From: a virus
Lineage: Duplodnaviria > Caudoviricetes
Reading direction: 5' to 3' (one strand)
DNA: 64,000 nucleotides
IMG/VR virus record: IMGVR_UViG_3300002137_000145
Coordinates: 2,966-66,965 of that record
In this document: one piece after another, positions 36,516 through 46,603 of the stretch
Layout of the letters: each line of letters opens with the position of its first letter
Numbering within the stretch: the stretch's first letter is position 1
Notes under the pieces: generated by a model
The model's input: only the letters and a program-made list of their open reading frames with translations
Databases searched by the model: none
Told to the model about the DNA's origin: nothing
Translations under genes and position numbers: made by a program

Positions 36516-38981
36516 ATGATAACCTGGATAACACCAGCCGGAGACCTAGGACTACTAACTGAACGCATTTCAGTAGACGTTCCGTTGTCTGCAACTTCTA
36601 ACGTCGGAGCAATAACATTTAGTTTGCTAGCAGGATCTCTTCCGAGAGGGTTGCGGTTATCAAACGGATCAATTATTGGCTCTCCCGTGGAAGTAAAAAT
36701 TTACACAGAAAGCAAGTTTGTCATACGTGCCAGTGATGGTAGTGATGTAGAGGATAGAACATTTACTCTAGGAGTCGACGGCGCTGATGCACCATTATGG
36801 CTAACTAGAGAAGGGTTCCTTAATGTAGGTGCTGGCGATAACTATTTCGTTCTAGATAATGCCTATGTTGAATTTCAAGTGACTGCCACAGATACAGATC
36901 TAACCGCAGGAGATTTGTTGATCTATTATCTAGTGCCAAACGGCGGACTTCTTCCTCCGGGCTTGTCATTAAGCAACACTGGAGTAATTTCCGGATTCAC
37001 TGATCCTATTTTTGCGCTAGAGTATTCAACAGACACTTCCGGCGGGTATGATACTACACCGCTTGATATTATTCCTTTAGACTATCTCGAAGCACGCTCT
37101 AATGGTTTTGATACATTTTACTATGATACCGAAACATTCGATTACAATGAGCCTAATAGAACTCCAAGACGTTTGAGTAGAATTTACAACTTTGTAGTTG
37201 GCGTGACTGATGGAATTTACACCGAGAATAGACTTTTTAAGATCTATGTCGTCACTGAAGAATTTTTGCAAGCAGACAATAGTATTGTACAAGTAGATAC
37301 AAATCTGTTCCAAGCTGACGCCTCAAGTAGCAGAACGCCTATTTGGATCACTGAAAGCAATCTAGGAAGATTCCGTGCTAACAACTATGTGACTATATTT
37401 TTAGATGTGTACGATCCTCCTAGTTTAGAAGGAACTATAACCTATTTCCTACTGCCATTAAATCCAGACACTAGTGCAAGCGAATTGCCTCCAGGAATGG
37501 AGTTAGACAGCATCACTGGGGAAGTTGCAGGAAATGTTCCCTATCAAGCAAGAGTGTCTAAAACATACTCATTTACTCTGCGGGCTGTGAACTTTCCTGC
37601 AACGCTGGCATATACTACATATACTCTACGTGGCGACTGGAATGCATCAATTGCGTATGCTGTAAATGATGCAGTTATATATCTCGGTTTACTCTATATC
37701 TGTAATGTGAGCAATAGAAATGTATCGCCTACAGATACTGCATATTGGATTGCAGGTACTTCGTCTGCTGATAAAACATTCTCAGTTGAGATTGTTGGTG
37801 AGATCGAAAGTGCTGTAAGTTGGATTTCCGTAAGCGATCTAGGAACTATCAAACCTAATCAACCAAGTAAACTATATGTTGAGGCAGAAACTCTATTATA
37901 TGGCGGTAGAGTAGGTTATGAATTCGTCAGCGGAGAATTGCCTCCAGGCCTTGAATTCCTACCAACTGGTAGCATACAAGGAAAAGTAAAGCAGTTTGCG
38001 GACAATGCAGGTCCTGGACTTACAAGATTTTTTGAAAGAACTGACAGCGCAGAAGATAGTTCTACTGCTTCTAGAGATTTTACTTCTACATACGATAGTG
38101 AAACCACAACATACGACAAAAAGTTTACGTTTACAATTAAAGCCCGAGATAGTGTAAACTTTGCTGTATTGAATAAAATATTTACTATAACTGTTGTGTC
38201 TGAGCAGACTAAAACATTTGCTAACTTATACCTTAAAGCCTTCCAAATAAAAAGTAAAAGACTAGAATGGTATAACTTTATTACCGATGCTACAATCTTT
38301 AAAAATTCAGAACTATATAGATACGGTGACATCAACTTCGGTATACAAACTGCTCTTAAGGTATTAGTATATGCCGGAATTGAAAGCACGGCGGCTGTAA
38401 ATTATGTACAGGCTATGAGCAGGAATCATTATAATAAGCGTCTAAAACTCGGAGACGTGTTATCTGCTAAAGCTAAAGATCTTACAACACAAGAAGTAAT
38501 ATACGAAATAATATATGTAAATATCATCGACGATCTTGAAAAAAATGGTAAAAGCATTAGCAGCACTGTAGAATTAAGAAATGATATAAGCAGTAAGGTA
38601 CTAATCAGCTATGATGCAATTAAAGTAGATAGCAATATACCGTTTGTAAGCGACAGCGATCATCAAAGAATATTCCCAAATAGTATAAAGAATATGCGAA
38701 CCCAAATAGAAACAGTAGGCGACAGAGATCGTGAATTTTTGCCGCAATGGATGCGTAGTATTCAAGATTCTGCTTCATACGAGCTAGGATTTACCAAAGC
38801 TCTGCCCCTGTGCTACTGCTTGCCGGGTAAATCTGCAGGGATTATTTCTAGGATAAAGGCCTCTGGATTTGATTTTAAATCACTTGACTTCTTAGCAGAT
38901 AGATATATAATAGATATTATAGACGGCGAAATAGAGGATAAATACCTTGCGTTTCCACAACGGAGAGAAAAATTACCATGA
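36516..38981 (+). CDS. baseplate wedge-like protein with Ig-like (He_PIG-type) domains
   Basis: Repeated G-x-LPPG[LM]xL...G.I.G motifs and WxT..G.LG linkers. Confidence 0.75.
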   Translation: MITWITPAGDLGLLTERISVDVPLSATSNVGAITFSLLAGSLPRGLRLSNGSIIGSPVEVKIYTESKFVIRASDGSDVEDRTFTLGVDGADAPLWLTREGFLNVGAGDNYFVLDNAYVEFQVTATDTDLTAGDLLIYYLVPNGGLLPPGLSLSNTGVISGFTDPIFALEYSTDTSGGYDTTPLDIIPLDYLEARSNGFDTFYYDTETFDYNEPNRTPRRLSRIYNFVVGVTDGIYTENRLFKIYVVTEEFLQADNSIVQVDTNLFQADASSSRTPIWITESNLGRFRANNYVTIFLDVYDPPSLEGTITYFLLPLNPDTSASELPPGMELDSITGEVAGNVPYQARVSKTYSFTLRAVNFPATLAYTTYTLRGDWNASIAYAVNDAVIYLGLLYICNVSNRNVSPTDTAYWIAGTSSADKTFSVEIVGEIESAVSWISVSDLGTIKPNQPSKLYVEAETLLYGGRVGYEFVSGELPPGLEFLPTGSIQGKVKQFADNAGPGLTRFFERTDSAEDSSTASRDFTSTYDSETTTYDKKFTFTIKARDSVNFAVLNKIFTITVVSEQTKTFANLYLKAFQIKSKRLEWYNFITDATIFKNSELYRYGDINFGIQTALKVLVYAGIESTAAVNYVQAMSRNHYNKRLKLGDVLSAKAKDLTTQEVIYEIIYVNIIDDLEKNGKSISSTVELRNDISSKVLISYDAIKVDSNIPFVSDSDHQRIFPNSIKNMRTQIETVGDRDREFLPQWMRSIQDSASYELGFTKALPLCYCLPGKSAGIISRIKASGFDFKSLDFLADRYIIDIIDGEIEDKYLAFPQRREKLP

Positions 38982-39550
38982 CAAGCAACATTAATTCCGC
39001 AGCAATCAACGAAAACTTTCCTGTAGCTGGACAGGACAACGATACACAAGTCTTCCGAGACAATTTTGATACAATCAAAACAAACTTTTCAGCAGCAAAA
39101 ACTGAGATTGAAGACCTGCAGGACAACGTAGTAAGAACAGATGTGGACAACGACCTAAACGGCAATCTTATCCATAATGCTACTTTACAAAATAACAGAG
39201 AAGTCTTAAATCCTGCACAGTCATTTGAAGTAGCGCAAGTGACATACACGCTAGACTTTGAGAATGGCGGCTACCAAGTGTTTACATTTGCTTCTGCTGC
39301 ATTTACATTTGATTTCTTAGGATTTCCTGCGGTAGGAACAGCAGTTGGCAAAATGACAATTGAACTATATAGTAGTACTTCAACCACTGTATCTTTCTCA
39401 TTGTCCGGTAGTGGTGCTACTGCTGTTAAAACTAATGCAGATTATCCAGGAACACTAACAGTTGCTTCCGATGCTAACCCGATTATTTTAGAAATTTGGC
39501 GCCACAGCGAAGATAATTTCTTTATAAACTACCTAGGTACATTTAGCTAA
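38978..39550 (+). CDS. virion structural protein
   Basis: FPVAGQDNDTQVFRDNFDTIKTNF...EIEDLQ N-terminal motif; lies in the tail block. Confidence 0.7.
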   Translation: MTSNINSAAINENFPVAGQDNDTQVFRDNFDTIKTNFSAAKTEIEDLQDNVVRTDVDNDLNGNLIHNATLQNNREVLNPAQSFEVAQVTYTLDFENGGYQVFTFASAAFTFDFLGFPAVGTAVGKMTIELYSSTSTTVSFSLSGSGATAVKTNADYPGTLTVASDANPIILEIWRHSEDNFFINYLGTFS

Positions 39551-39780
39551 TGTTCCATCCACTTGAAGAAGATCTGTCCAATCTCAAAGACCAAGAGGTT
39601 GAGCAGAAGCTTCTAGAATTAACCAAAAAATATCACACAGTTGCACGTTTAGGCAACCAAGATCTCTTGACACAACTATCAACATTTGTTATAATATACA
39701 GAGAGGAGATGTCTAAAAGACATACTCGTAGACTGAAAGATACAGATAGTGATATGGGTCAATTGATTAATGTGGACTAA
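39550..39780 (+). CDS. hypothetical protein
   Basis: MFHPL...; coupled to its neighbours. Confidence 0.7.
   Translation: MFHPLEEDLSNLKDQEVEQKLLELTKKYHTVARLGNQDLLTQLSTFVIIYREEMSKRHTRRLKDTDSDMGQLINVD
39667..39695 (+). promoter_or_regulatory. consensus sigma70 promoter embedded in a CDS
   Basis: TTGACA-17 bp-TATAAT. Confidence 0.7.
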
Positions 39781-40231
39781 TACAACAGAGCAGCTAATAC
39801 AAGGTGTCATAAAACATGGCCCTCAGATTCTTTCTGAATGTGTTTCTGCAGATGATTTAAGTCAATACATCAATCGACTACATGACGAGCATCTAAACTA
39901 TCCAATCCCCAAAACTAAAATCAATCCAAGCAACTGGTTTATTCCAGACGAATATAAAAACATGGATATCGAAGAGTTAGTAGTCCAGGTATGTCCGGAA
40001 GAAAATTATAATAGGATAATTACTGAGTTAGAGCTTTTTCGTAAAAACAATATGATTCCAGTGCTGTTAGCAATGAAATTTGTAGTAGATACCCTTAGAG
40101 CTAATAACATAGTTTGGGGTGTGGGCAGAGGTAGTAGTGTAGCAAGTTATGTGTTATACTTGATTGGTGTACACAAGGTAGACAGTGTTAAATACAATTT
40201 ACCAATAGAAGAATTCTTTAAGGAGAAATAA
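39770..40231 (+). CDS. stand-alone fragment of DNA polymerase III alpha (DnaE) palm region
   Basis: RIITELELF...VWGVGRGSSVASYVLYLIGVHKVDSVKYNLPIEEF matches DnaE GxGRGSxxxSLVAYxLGITxVDPxxYxLxFERF. Confidence 0.8.
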   Translation: MWTNTTEQLIQGVIKHGPQILSECVSADDLSQYINRLHDEHLNYPIPKTKINPSNWFIPDEYKNMDIEELVVQVCPEENYNRIITELELFRKNNMIPVLLAMKFVVDTLRANNIVWGVGRGSSVASYVLYLIGVHKVDSVKYNLPIEEFFKEK

Positions 40232-40232
40232 A

Positions 40233-40460
40233 ATGGGAAGAACATACACAAGTGTTAGAGGAAAAGAGATCGATATGGAGAAACTATTTCTCCGTAATGA
40301 ACAAACTCCAGCAGTAGGCAACATGAGAGTTAATGCTCGTGGTGACGAAATTGGCGAAGGCGGAAAAGTCACTCGTACTAGAGAACAAGTTCTGCAAGAT
40401 TTTTATGCAATCAATCCAGCCGCTTCAAAAGAAGAAGTTGTTTCACGCAAGAAAGGTTAA
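40233..40460 (+). CDS. conserved small phage protein
   Basis: GKEIDMEKL...AVGNMRVNARGDEIG; SD AAGGAG. Confidence 0.75.
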   Translation: MGRTYTSVRGKEIDMEKLFLRNEQTPAVGNMRVNARGDEIGEGGKVTRTREQVLQDFYAINPAASKEEVVSRKKG

Positions 40461-40462
40461 TT

Positions 40463-40885
40463 ATGAGTTTTGCATTTGAAGCTAAAAAAGTTAAAATCCG
40501 TGCCATGTCCAAGGATGTCCTTGTTATTAATATGGATATGGGTGAACAACTTACCAAAGGTGGTATTATCGTTGGCAGTGATGACGGTAAAGCACACGGA
40601 GTTAAACCTCGTTGGGCTGAAGTTTATAAAGTTGGCAGTGAGTGCGGAATTGATGTTAAGGTAGGGCAATGGGTATTAATTGAGCACGGTCGGTGGACTC
40701 GTAAGATTAAGATCGATGACGGCGATGGTGAGAAAGAGTTTCAAAAAGTAGAAATAAAATCTATCATAATTGTTGCCGACGAAAAGCCCAATGACTTTTA
40801 TATCGGAAAAGAATACACTCACGGTAGCAGTATGGATATTAATCCAGAAGACTTCATGCCAGGCAACTTATCTAAAACAGGGTAA
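40463..40885 (+). CDS. GroES-like co-chaperonin
   Basis: IRAMSKDVLV...TKGGII...VYKVG...DVKVGQWVL. Confidence 0.8.
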   Translation: MSFAFEAKKVKIRAMSKDVLVINMDMGEQLTKGGIIVGSDDGKAHGVKPRWAEVYKVGSECGIDVKVGQWVLIEHGRWTRKIKIDDGDGEKEFQKVEIKSIIIVADEKPNDFYIGKEYTHGSSMDINPEDFMPGNLSKTG

Positions 40886-41124
40886 TGGGTTTTAAAAAAG
40901 GCTGGGACATTCCTGAGATCATTTCTCAGATACATTCACTTGCTAGAGAATGTTCCAGTCCGCACAACGATGGATTTACTGCATTTGAATGTAAGAAAGA
41001 TCTATATCAAATTCAGTCCATTATTAACGATACCTTAAAACGAGCACCTTCCTTCGGAAATGATGAAGAAGAGTGGTTGACAAAACAAGAACAACAGCGT
41101 ATACTTAAGATATTAAAGTCTTAA
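40885..41124 (+). CDS. hypothetical protein
   Basis: Coupled ORF; contains a promoter at 41077-41105. Confidence 0.7.
   Translation: MGFKKGWDIPEIISQIHSLARECSSPHNDGFTAFECKKDLYQIQSIINDTLKRAPSFGNDEEEWLTKQEQQRILKILKS
41077..41105 (+). promoter_or_regulatory. sigma70 promoter embedded in a CDS
   Basis: TTGACA-17 bp-TATACT. Confidence 0.65.
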
Positions 41125-41134
41125 GGAGATACGA

Positions 41135-41500
41135 ATGACAAATCCATTTCGCGATCAAGCGAAGTTTATGACTGCCTGCGGTCAATCTGTAAGCGAAATC
41201 AATAATGCTCAATACGCAATGTATTTGGATCTAATTGATGAAGAGCGCGAAGAACTAAAAGAAGCTATTGTTGCAAGCGACCGTGTAGAACAATTAGATG
41301 CATTAATTGACATTCTAGTTGTGACTGTTGGAGCAATTCATTCAGGCGGATTCGATGCCGAAGCGGCATGGAACGAAGTAATGAAAACTAACTTTGCTAA
41401 AGTAGATCCGGAAACTGGACTAGTACGTAAACGTGAAGATGGTAAAGTTCTTAAGCCCGAAGGCTGGACTGCTCCTGAACTATCACCATTTGTAAAATGA
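41135..41500 (+). CDS. MazG-like / PRA-PH nucleoside triphosphate pyrophosphohydrolase
   Basis: LIDEEREEL, LDALID, VMKTNFAK, REDGKVLKP. Confidence 0.85.
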   Translation: MTNPFRDQAKFMTACGQSVSEINNAQYAMYLDLIDEEREELKEAIVASDRVEQLDALIDILVVTVGAIHSGGFDAEAAWNEVMKTNFAKVDPETGLVRKREDGKVLKPEGWTAPELSPFVK

Positions 41501-41919
41501 AAGTAGGATTTACTGCATCAACTTTTGATTTACTTCATGCCGGGCATGTACAAATGCTGCGTGAAGCAAAAGAGCAGTGCGACTATCTTATCTGCGGATT
41601 ACAAGTAGATCCGTCCGTTGATCGTGCAAATAAAAATGCTCCTATACAAACTATTGTTGAACGTTATACACAACTTAAAGCAGTAGGATATGTAGATGAA
41701 ATTATTCCGTATGGTACTGAACAAGATCTAGAAGATATCTTGACAATGTATCATATTGATGTTAGAATATTAGGAGAGGAGTATAGAGATAAAGATTTTA
41801 CTGGTAAAGACATTTGCCGTAAACGAGATATCGAACTATACTTCAATAAACGAGATCATAGATTTAGTTCAAGTGATTTACGTAAACGAGTGGCAGGAAG
41901 AGAGCAAGCTATTGATTGA
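41497..41919 (+). CDS. glycerol-3-phosphate cytidylyltransferase-like (TagD/RfaE-type)
   Basis: STFDLLHAGH, ERY, VDEI, RDHRFSSS. Confidence 0.85.
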   Translation: MKVGFTASTFDLLHAGHVQMLREAKEQCDYLICGLQVDPSVDRANKNAPIQTIVERYTQLKAVGYVDEIIPYGTEQDLEDILTMYHIDVRILGEEYRDKDFTGKDICRKRDIELYFNKRDHRFSSSDLRKRVAGREQAID

Positions 41920-42100
41920 AAGTGAACGCAAGAAAAAAGCAGCAGAGGCTGCGGGAAAACTAGCGAATGAGGTAAGCGCATACTTTGAAAATGGCGGTAC
42001 CGTGACAACATACCCTAAGTACAAACGAAGCGAAGTCGTAGAGTACAAAAGAAAATGGGGTGCAGCAAAAGGAAAGAAGAAAAATGTCGAAACAAAATGA
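41912..42100 (+). CDS. small basic hypothetical protein
   Basis: AYFENGGTVT motif; probable TTG start at 41912. Confidence 0.5.
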   Translation: MIESERKKKAAEAAGKLANEVSAYFENGGTVTTYPKYKRSEVVEYKRKWGAAKGKKKNVETK

Positions 42101-42275
42101 TGGACCATTTACACAAGCATTTGAAAGCGATCTTTCAGGTGTAGTACGTAGAGAAATTACAACTTATCGATATCGTAGTGATGTGTTGATTAAAGAAACT
42201 GCAACACGCACATATCAGCAATCAGGCGATTATAATGATACAACATCGTCAATACCATTACCGGAGTTAAAATAA
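42084..42275 (+). CDS. hypothetical protein
   Basis: MSKQNDGPF...; fits gene packing. Confidence 0.6.
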   Translation: MSKQNDGPFTQAFESDLSGVVRREITTYRYRSDVLIKETATRTYQQSGDYNDTTSSIPLPELK

Positions 42276-42276
42276 C

Positions 42277-42480
42277 ATGCCTATTCCAGAAAAAGTATTT
42301 GTACCTGCGGCAAAAGATCCAAGCCGTGGCCATTTTTATGTCAGTCTTGTAAAGAGTGCTCTACGTATTGTAGCAGGTGTAGCATTTGCCGGAACAGCAT
42401 TTGGTTGGGGCTCTGTATTTGCAGGTGGATGTTTGCTTATCCTAGCAGAACTGTTGGGAATTTTAGAGGAAGTAGTATAA
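42277..42480 (+). CDS. small membrane protein
   Basis: HFYVSLVKSALRI...AELLGILEE; two TM segments. Confidence 0.7.
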   Translation: MPIPEKVFVPAAKDPSRGHFYVSLVKSALRIVAGVAFAGTAFGWGSVFAGGCLLILAELLGILEEVV

Positions 42481-42722
42481 TGGTATACAAAACTGTTTAC
42501 ACAGAAGTTGAAGTCGAGGTTGATATTAGCGACTTTGACACAGAAGACTTGTTAGACGAACTAGAATCACGCGGCGAGAAGCATATTGAAATTGCACCAA
42601 TTTCGCGATATGAAGCAGCATTTTTAAGAAGTTTGCTTGATCAAGCTCGTGCAACTGGTATAACAAATCCACCAGGTGTTAGCCTGTGGGATCTAGATGA
42701 GAAAATTAAGGAACTAACATGA
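42480..42722 (+). CDS. hypothetical protein
   Basis: EVDISDFDTEDLLDELESRG; SD GAGG. Confidence 0.7.
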   Translation: MVYKTVYTEVEVEVDISDFDTEDLLDELESRGEKHIEIAPISRYEAAFLRSLLDQARATGITNPPGVSLWDLDEKIKELT

Positions 42723-43636
42723 AAGAACTATGGGTAGAGAAATACCGTCCTAAGAAGGTCGACGGATATGTGTTTAGAGATGCACATCAACGTAAACAAG
42801 TTGAAACTTGGATCAAAGATCAAAGCATTCCGCATCTGTTGTTAAGCGGAAGTGCAGGTATCGGTAAGACTACCCTTGCTAAAGTTCTTATTCAAGAACT
42901 AGGTATTGAAGATTTTGATTTACTAGAAATCAATGCGTCACGTACTAACAGTGTTGAAGATGTCCGTGATAAGATTACAAACTTCGTACAGATGATTCCG
43001 TTTGGTCCATTTAAAGTTGTGCTACTTGACGAGGCTGATTACTTGAGTCCTAACGCACAGGCAGCGTTGCGTGGAGTTATGGAAGAGTATCATGCAACTT
43101 CGAGATTCATTCTTACATGCAACTATCCTAACAGGATTATTCCAGCAATCCATAGTCGATGTCAAGGGTTCCACGTTGAACGAACTGATCATAATGAATT
43201 CACTGCCCGTGTTGCTACTATTCTTGTTGAAGAAAACATAGAGTTTGATCTTGATACACTTGACAACTATGTTAAAGTGACATATCCAGATCTCCGTAAG
43301 TGCATTAACCTTGTGCAACAAAATGTCAATGAAGGCGTACTTGCGGCACCTAGCAAAGGTGATCAGGGTGCAGCTGACTGGAAGTTTGACATGGTCATGC
43401 TGTTTAAGGCAGGCAAAATTACAGAAGCACGTAAAATGCTATGTGGTAAAATTCGTGCAGAAGAAATGGAAGAAGTTTATCGTTGGTTGTATGACAACAT
43501 CGAAATCTTCGGTACTGATGACAATCAAGATAAAGCTATACTTGTTATCAAGCAGGGCCTTGTAGATCATACAATTTGTGCAGATCCGGAAATCAACTTA
43601 GCAGCAACATTAGTGAGGTTAGCAAAACTTCTATGA
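42719..43636 (+). CDS. clamp loader AAA+ ATPase subunit (RFC small / T4 gp44-like)
   Basis: [27 protein letters not shown]. Confidence 0.93.
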   Translation: MKELWVEKYRPKKVDGYVFRDAHQRKQVETWIKDQSIPHLLLSGSAGIGKTTLAKVLIQELGIEDFDLLEINASRTNSVEDVRDKITNFVQMIPFGPFKVVLLDEADYLSPNAQAALRGVMEEYHATSRFILTCNYPNRIIPAIHSRCQGFHVERTDHNEFTARVATILVEENIEFDLDTLDNYVKVTYPDLRKCINLVQQNVNEGVLAAPSKGDQGAADWKFDMVMLFKAGKITEARKMLCGKIRAEEMEEVYRWLYDNIEIFGTDDNQDKAILVIKQGLVDHTICADPEINLAATLVRLAKLL

Positions 43637-43956
43637 CATATCTAGTCACTGATAATTGTATTAAGTGTAAACATACAGACTGTGTTAGTGTTTGTCCTGT
43701 AGACTGTTTCCACGAAGGTCCTAACTTCTTAGTAATTAATCCCGACGAGTGTATTGATTGCGGTGTATGTGTTCCTGAATGTCCGGTTGGGGCTATTGTA
43801 GCCGATAACGATGCTAATACTGATATTGCTTTTTGGTTAGATATTAATACTAGACTAAGCAATAAATGGCCTGTTATTACTCAACAAAAAGATGCATTGC
43901 CTAACGCGGCAGAGTGGGATGGGGTACCTAACAAAATTAAACTTCTTGAAGAATGA
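43633..43956 (+). CDS. fdxA: ferredoxin (7Fe FdxA type)
   Basis: [30 protein letters not shown]. Confidence 0.9.
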   Translation: MTYLVTDNCIKCKHTDCVSVCPVDCFHEGPNFLVINPDECIDCGVCVPECPVGAIVADNDANTDIAFWLDINTRLSNKWPVITQQKDALPNAAEWDGVPNKIKLLEE

Positions 43957-44426
43957 CCGATAAGAAAAAGTCTAATCTAGCCAAGGGACGACACAGCTTT
44001 GATGCCGACGTTGGTGGTACGCTAATTCCATTTTTTAATAGGAATGTATCTAAATATCCCACCGAAGCAGGCGGCCCTAACTTTGACCTAGTCCCTGTGA
44101 CTAAGCAGAAAGATCTAATGATCAATCATGCTAGGATGTATGCCCAGCAAGAATATGATCGTATCATGGAACTTGTTAGTGTATTAGAAAAGCAGGCTGC
44201 ACAGATTAAACGTAGATTGGATATTACAGATGCAGTACATGCTGCTGAATATGAATTTCAGCCTGTGATGGGTAAAGAGTACTGGTTGGTTTGGGATACT
44301 CGCAAAGAAAAGATGAGGCTAGTACTAGGAGGTCCTACTGATTGGTCTAGTAGTCCCCCTGATTGGTACGACTATCAAACACAAGTAAAATATATGGGCG
44401 ACCACACATGGTTGGAAATAGAATGA
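43953..44426 (+). CDS. DUF2452-like hypothetical protein
   Basis: [32 protein letters not shown]. Confidence 0.6.
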   Translation: MTDKKKSNLAKGRHSFDADVGGTLIPFFNRNVSKYPTEAGGPNFDLVPVTKQKDLMINHARMYAQQEYDRIMELVSVLEKQAAQIKRRLDITDAVHAAEYEFQPVMGKEYWLVWDTRKEKMRLVLGGPTDWSSSPPDWYDYQTQVKYMGDHTWLEIE

Positions 44427-44950
44427 AAGAAAAGTTTGTAAAATTATATATGGACTGGGCAGGACGTACTGCCGAACTCAGTCATGCTGAGAGACTACAA
44501 GTAGGCGCTGTTATCGTCAAAGATGATACTGTAATCAGCTACGGCTACAATGGTATGCCTGCAGGCTGGGACAACAATTGTGAAAATGTAGAATGGTGCA
44601 GTGCAGGTGGGTGGCTTGATCCTGAAGAGATCGAAACAGGTTGGCCATTCGAAGGTACTTACTTAGATGCTGATGGTAATGAAATGCAAGGCCGGTATCG
44701 ACTAAAAACTAAACCTGAGGTGCTTCATGCGGAAAGCAATGCGATTGCAAAATTGGCTAAGTCTACTAACAGTGGTTTGGGTGCTAGCATGTTTATTACC
44801 CATGCTCCATGTTTGGACTGTGCCAAACTTATATACCAAAGTGGTATTAGCAGTGTTCTATATAGGAACGCTTATAGGGATACTAGTGGTATTGCGTTTT
44901 TGCAAAAGTCCGGAGTGAATGTAAAACAATTCGGAGAAGAAGAAGAATGA
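44423..44950 (+). CDS. dCMP deaminase
   Basis: QVGAVIV, GYNG, HAESNAI, PCLDC. Confidence 0.92.
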   Translation: MKEKFVKLYMDWAGRTAELSHAERLQVGAVIVKDDTVISYGYNGMPAGWDNNCENVEWCSAGGWLDPEEIETGWPFEGTYLDADGNEMQGRYRLKTKPEVLHAESNAIAKLAKSTNSGLGASMFITHAPCLDCAKLIYQSGISSVLYRNAYRDTSGIAFLQKSGVNVKQFGEEEE

Positions 44951-45189
44951 GTGCAAGATATATGATCGTTAGCTATTATCAACAAGCCAACGGCAAATGG
45001 GACGAAATCACTGAATTTAAAAACAGCATAAAGATGAAGCACACTCAGACCGCCAAGGTCATCTTAGACTTCAAAGAAAAGAAATGTGTTAAAAACTTAC
45101 TTAACCCCAATGCTGGCTATGAGGATATGCTCGAATTTTACAAGCGGATGATAGGGGATCGGTTGACCCCCCATCTCCCTAAAGATTAA
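44947..45189 (+). CDS. hypothetical protein
   Basis: Coupled ORF. Confidence 0.7.
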   Translation: MSARYMIVSYYQQANGKWDEITEFKNSIKMKHTQTAKVILDFKEKKCVKNLLNPNAGYEDMLEFYKRMIGDRLTPHLPKD

Positions 45190-45926
45190 GTGTCGCCGTA
45201 GATTGCTAGTATCTCCTTTACTGCTTCATGACGTTCTACATCCTGTACATCAAATTGTACTAGGTCAACGTATTGATGTCCTTCAAAATTACGATAAAGT
45301 CCTAAAAACTCTAACAGTCCATTATTGCTAGGACGATCAGCTTGTTGTAGGTCTCCTGTGACTACCATCTTGCTGTCTGTTCCTAGACGAGTTAACAACA
45401 TCTTCATCTGGCTAGGTGTTGTGTTTTGCATCTCGTCTGCAATAACTACTGCATTTTTAAATGTTCTACCACGCATATATGCTAAAGGACTGGTTTCGAT
45501 TACTCCTTCTCTTACAAAGTTTTCGATTTCTCTAGCATTAAAGTTTTCGGCGAGTACATCAAAAATTGGTCTCGTCCATGGCGCCATCTTTTCATTTAAG
45601 TCGCCTGGTAGGAAACCGTGTTCCTCGTCTACTGATACAGCTGGTCGCGTTATGATGATTTTTTCAGCTGCGCCACTCTTTAATTGATCCACTGCCCACT
45701 GAACAGCCAACATGGTTTTGCCGGTACCCGCGGGCCCTATTGCAAATACTATCATTTTATTGGGATCATTCAGTTTGAATAAGTAAGTCTCTTGACTTAA
45801 ATTCTTAGGATAGATTTGAACTCGTTTTCTTTTATCGTTCAATCTGCGGTCAATATTTATAACGTTGCTGTCAAAACGTGGGTCATATTGCTCTTTTCGC
45901 TGCACTTGCGCTCTTTTTCGCTTCAT
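45186..45926 (-). CDS. phoH: PhoH-like ATPase
   Basis: GPAGTGKT, TRPAV, GFLPG, YMRGRTF, DEMQN, GDLQQAD. Confidence 0.95.
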   Translation of the reverse strand: MKRKRAQVQRKEQYDPRFDSNVINIDRRLNDKRKRVQIYPKNLSQETYLFKLNDPNKMIVFAIGPAGTGKTMLAVQWAVDQLKSGAAEKIIITRPAVSVDEEHGFLPGDLNEKMAPWTRPIFDVLAENFNAREIENFVREGVIETSPLAYMRGRTFKNAVVIADEMQNTTPSQMKMLLTRLGTDSKMVVTGDLQQADRPSNNGLLEFLGLYRNFEGHQYVDLVQFDVQDVERHEAVKEILAIYGDT

Positions 45927-46072
45927 ATAAGGCTTTCCCTCCTAGTATTGTGCTGGATCGGACCCTAAGTTCACTAGTGTCCGATACCCGAACACAACTG
46001 TATTTAACAGTCTAGAGGAAATGATATATGTTATGTTTAAATTTCCGCGATAAATACAAATGGAGATTAATC

Positions 46073-46603
46073 ATGGCAGATATTAAAGATATTATTACAA
46101 ACATCGAACAAATTTACGGCTCTAATAACAGCCTAGGTTTGCTCAAAGATTTCGAACGTGTTATCGACGAACTAGATGTGTACGTCTACGATAACTGGCT
46201 GGACGGCGAACTAGTTAGTGGTCCGTACGAAAGCCGGTACTTTGTTGAATGTACTTTTATGTGGCCTGAAGATAAGATGCCTGAACCCAAAGGTGGTCAG
46301 CGTCTATTAGAATACGGATGTAAAGTACAAGTCGCTGAAGACATGTTGTCAGTTGTAAGGAAAATTAAGAAGCCAGAAGACATACGTCCTGGCACTAAAA
46401 AAGGAAAGATTGATCACAAGAAAGTTTGGATGATCAAAATCAAGATGCCAAAGAAGTTAATGAAAGATATTAACCGTGGCTACACAGAATTAGATAAGAA
46501 CAAGATTGAAGATATTGTTAGCTCATCCGGAGTTAACGCACATATTGATCCAGCAGAACAACAAGCACAGGAGATGGCAAATGCAGAACAACCAGCAGCT
46601 TGA
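46073..46603 (+). CDS. conserved hypothetical late protein
   Basis: TAAATA at 46051 and SD GGAG before ATG 46073. Confidence 0.75.
   Translation: MADIKDIITNIEQIYGSNNSLGLLKDFERVIDELDVYVYDNWLDGELVSGPYESRYFVECTFMWPEDKMPEPKGGQRLLEYGCKVQVAEDMLSVVRKIKKPEDIRPGTKKGKIDHKKVWMIKIKMPKKLMKDINRGYTELDKNKIEDIVSSSGVNAHIDPAEQQAQEMANAEQPAA

Noticed and set aside
26779-39550. Diversity-generating retroelement or invertible tail-fibre cassette
   Set aside because: No reverse transcriptase, recombinase or template/variable repeat pair was seen in this window.
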